Notes under the pieces: generated by a model
Database searches by the model: none
Seen by the model: only the letters and a program-made list of their open reading frames with translations
What the model was told of the DNA's origin: nothing
Shown: piece by piece, positions 62,603 through 64,000 of the stretch
Numbering within the stretch: the first letter of the stretch is position 1
How the letters are laid out: each line of letters starts with the position of its first letter
Position numbers and translations under genes: made by a program
Origin: a bacterium
GTDB taxonomy: Bacteria > Patescibacteriota > Minisyncoccia > Phycocordibacterales > UBA5272
Direction of reading: 5' to 3'
NCBI GenBank assembly: GCA_023267595.1
Contig: JAHFNB010000003.1
Coordinates: 2,165 to 66,164 of the forward strand
Length of the DNA: 64,000 bases

Positions 62603-63886
62603 TTACAAGTAACTAAGCGGATTAAGGTACCCATCACGTGGTGCAAGTGGCATAATCATATATGTACCACAAACTTTACTCTTATATTCTGTCGGACCTG
62701 ATATATGTACTGCATCTGAGGCATATACCGTAAAATGAAGGTGTGGCCCAGTACTGTATCCCGTGTTTCCTGATAATCCAATTTTTTGACCAGACACTAC
62801 CTGTTGACCTGCAACCACTTGTATTACTGATAAATGTGCATAGAGTGTAGTTAGACCATTCATATGACGAATAAGTATCCACTTGCCGTATGACACACCA
62901 CTACACGCAGTATCAGTATTCCCAGTTCCAATGACAGTTCCTGCGCCTGCAGATAAAATTGATGACCCGACCTTTACTCCAAAATCTATCCCATTATGTC
63001 CTGATCCGTTATACACTTGAGGATTTTTACTTGCAAACGGAGTATTTCCAAAATACTGGGTAATTAAAATATTTTCAACAGGGTATTGAAGAACTCCCTT
63101 TCCATATTTTGGAAGTTTACTAGCATCTACTATAACCTTTAATCGTGATTCAACATCAAGCATTTCGACTTCTAACTCCCCTTTCTTCCTCTTTCTATCT
63201 GCTAATAGTTGTTGGTACTCACTTTCTTTATTCTTTGTCTGAACAAGAAGTGTATTTTTTTCTTTACTAGTTTGTTCAACAAGAATTTTTTGGTCAGTAA
63301 GTGTTGCATTAAGTGATTCTAATTTTTGCTTGTTTGTTTCATATGTTTTCTTTTGATCACTCAATGTTTGTTTAATATCTGATAATTCTTGTACTTTTTC
63401 ATTAACAGCATGAGAAATATCTGTTCCACGTTTAATAGTATCTATCGTATCTGATAAATGAGAGCCATCACTAAGAGCAGCAACAAAAGGAGGAACAATT
63501 TGTTCAGAATGAACAAGTGCTCGCAACATTTCTGCAAGGGCTTCTTTATTTTTACTAAGTGTTGTTTGTGTAACTACTATTTTCCCTTGTGTATCAACAA
63601 TGTTCTTCTGTGCTTCAGTTATACGCAGACGTGTACGATCTATTTCTTTTGCAAGAAGTAAACGACGTGCTTCAAGATTAGCAAGTGCTTGTTTCAATGT
63701 CTTTGCTTCCCCTTGAGTCTTTCCTATTTTGTCATTATATTCTTTAATTTCTCTATCAAGGGCTTCTATTTTTGCAGACAGAGAATCTAAACTTGACTGC
63801 AACTCATCTGCTGTCTCTCCAGATACATGGAGTGGCATTATAACAAGGAAGAAAATAAAAAATAAAGTACAAAAATATCGAGACAT
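62603..63886 (-). CDS. M23-family peptidase with N-terminal coiled coil (EnvC-like murein hydrolase/activator)
   Basis: Signal peptide, ~230-aa coiled coil, then M23 motifs (HNGIDFG; YAHLS; GNTGYSTGPHLHF). Confidence 0.8.
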   Translation of the reverse strand: MSRYFCTLFFIFFLVIMPLHVSGETADELQSSLDSLSAKIEALDREIKEYNDKIGKTQGEAKTLKQALANLEARRLLLAKEIDRTRLRITEAQKNIVDTQGKIVVTQTTLSKNKEALAEMLRALVHSEQIVPPFVAALSDGSHLSDTIDTIKRGTDISHAVNEKVQELSDIKQTLSDQKKTYETNKQKLESLNATLTDQKILVEQTSKEKNTLLVQTKNKESEYQQLLADRKRKKGELEVEMLDVESRLKVIVDASKLPKYGKGVLQYPVENILITQYFGNTPFASKNPQVYNGSGHNGIDFGVKVGSSILSAGAGTVIGTGNTDTACSGVSYGKWILIRHMNGLTTLYAHLSVIQVVAGQQVVSGQKIGLSGNTGYSTGPHLHFTVYASDAVHISGPTEYKSKVCGTYMIMPLAPRDGYLNPLSYL

Positions 63887-64000
63887 ATATTAAAAACTAT
63901 GGATCTATTTTTTTACATACACGTGTAATGCGATTATATACTTCATCTTTTCCTAAAATATAACAAATAGTGAACGGATCGACTGATTTTTCTTGGCCAG

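Noticed and set aside
1-64000. CRISPR arrays, rRNA genes, IS elements or transposases, integrases
   Set aside because: No spaced direct-repeat arrays, no rRNA-like conserved stretches, and no DDE-transposase or tyrosine-recombinase motifs were seen. The only repeat families are the poly-Gly microsatellite and the tRNA-Gln-derived att-like repeats.

Overview
This is a 64 kb AT-rich (roughly 35-40% GC by eye), gene-dense bacterial chromosomal segment. It uses the standard genetic code, with no in-frame TGA problems in long conserved genes. It has many short intergenic gaps closed by hairpin/T-run terminators, and some promoters sit directly on start codons. The gene content and style suggest a small-genome, possibly CPR/Patescibacteria-like organism, but that is inference only.

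Housekeeping genes I recognise with confidence are serS, a Dus-family tRNA-dihydrouridine synthase, dnaX, recR, dnaB, cysS, an S41 C-terminal processing protease, rplI, rpmA, rplU, rmuC, a YqeY/GatB-domain protein, lexA (with an SOS box on its start), an AddA-like UvrD-helicase/RecB-nuclease, a short Cas4/AddB-like Fe-S nuclease, a TrmH/RlmB methyltransferase, an HI0933-family flavoprotein, an RND efflux pump with its adaptor and a MarR regulator, and an M23 peptidase. There are two tRNAs, Ala(UGC) and Gln(UUG).

Accessory and unusual content:
- A 5'-truncated giant beta-propeller-repeat surface protein.
- A dockerin protein with a (GGCGGTGGA)n poly-Gly repeat, followed by two membrane-anchored cohesin-like proteins with a beta-lactamase-like serine hydrolase between them.
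- A FecR-domain protein co-transcribed with a CHASE2 adenylate/guanylate cyclase.
- A bona fide alternative oxidase (AOX) and a cytochrome b5-domain protein.
- A metzincin protease, an FN3-repeat protein, a 907-aa Cys-repeat secreted protein, and a SWIB domain protein.
- A tRNA-Gln integration hotspot carrying three tRNA-3'-end-like direct repeats, extra tRNA fragments, a stand-alone SIR2_2-family gene (candidate NAD-depleting defence effector) and a run of tiny two-TM proteins.
- Candidate small RNAs: a consensus-promoter/terminator-bounded ~150-nt RNA after dnaX, and a GC-rich attenuator-like element upstream of rpmA.

I found no CRISPR array, rRNA, transposase or integrase.
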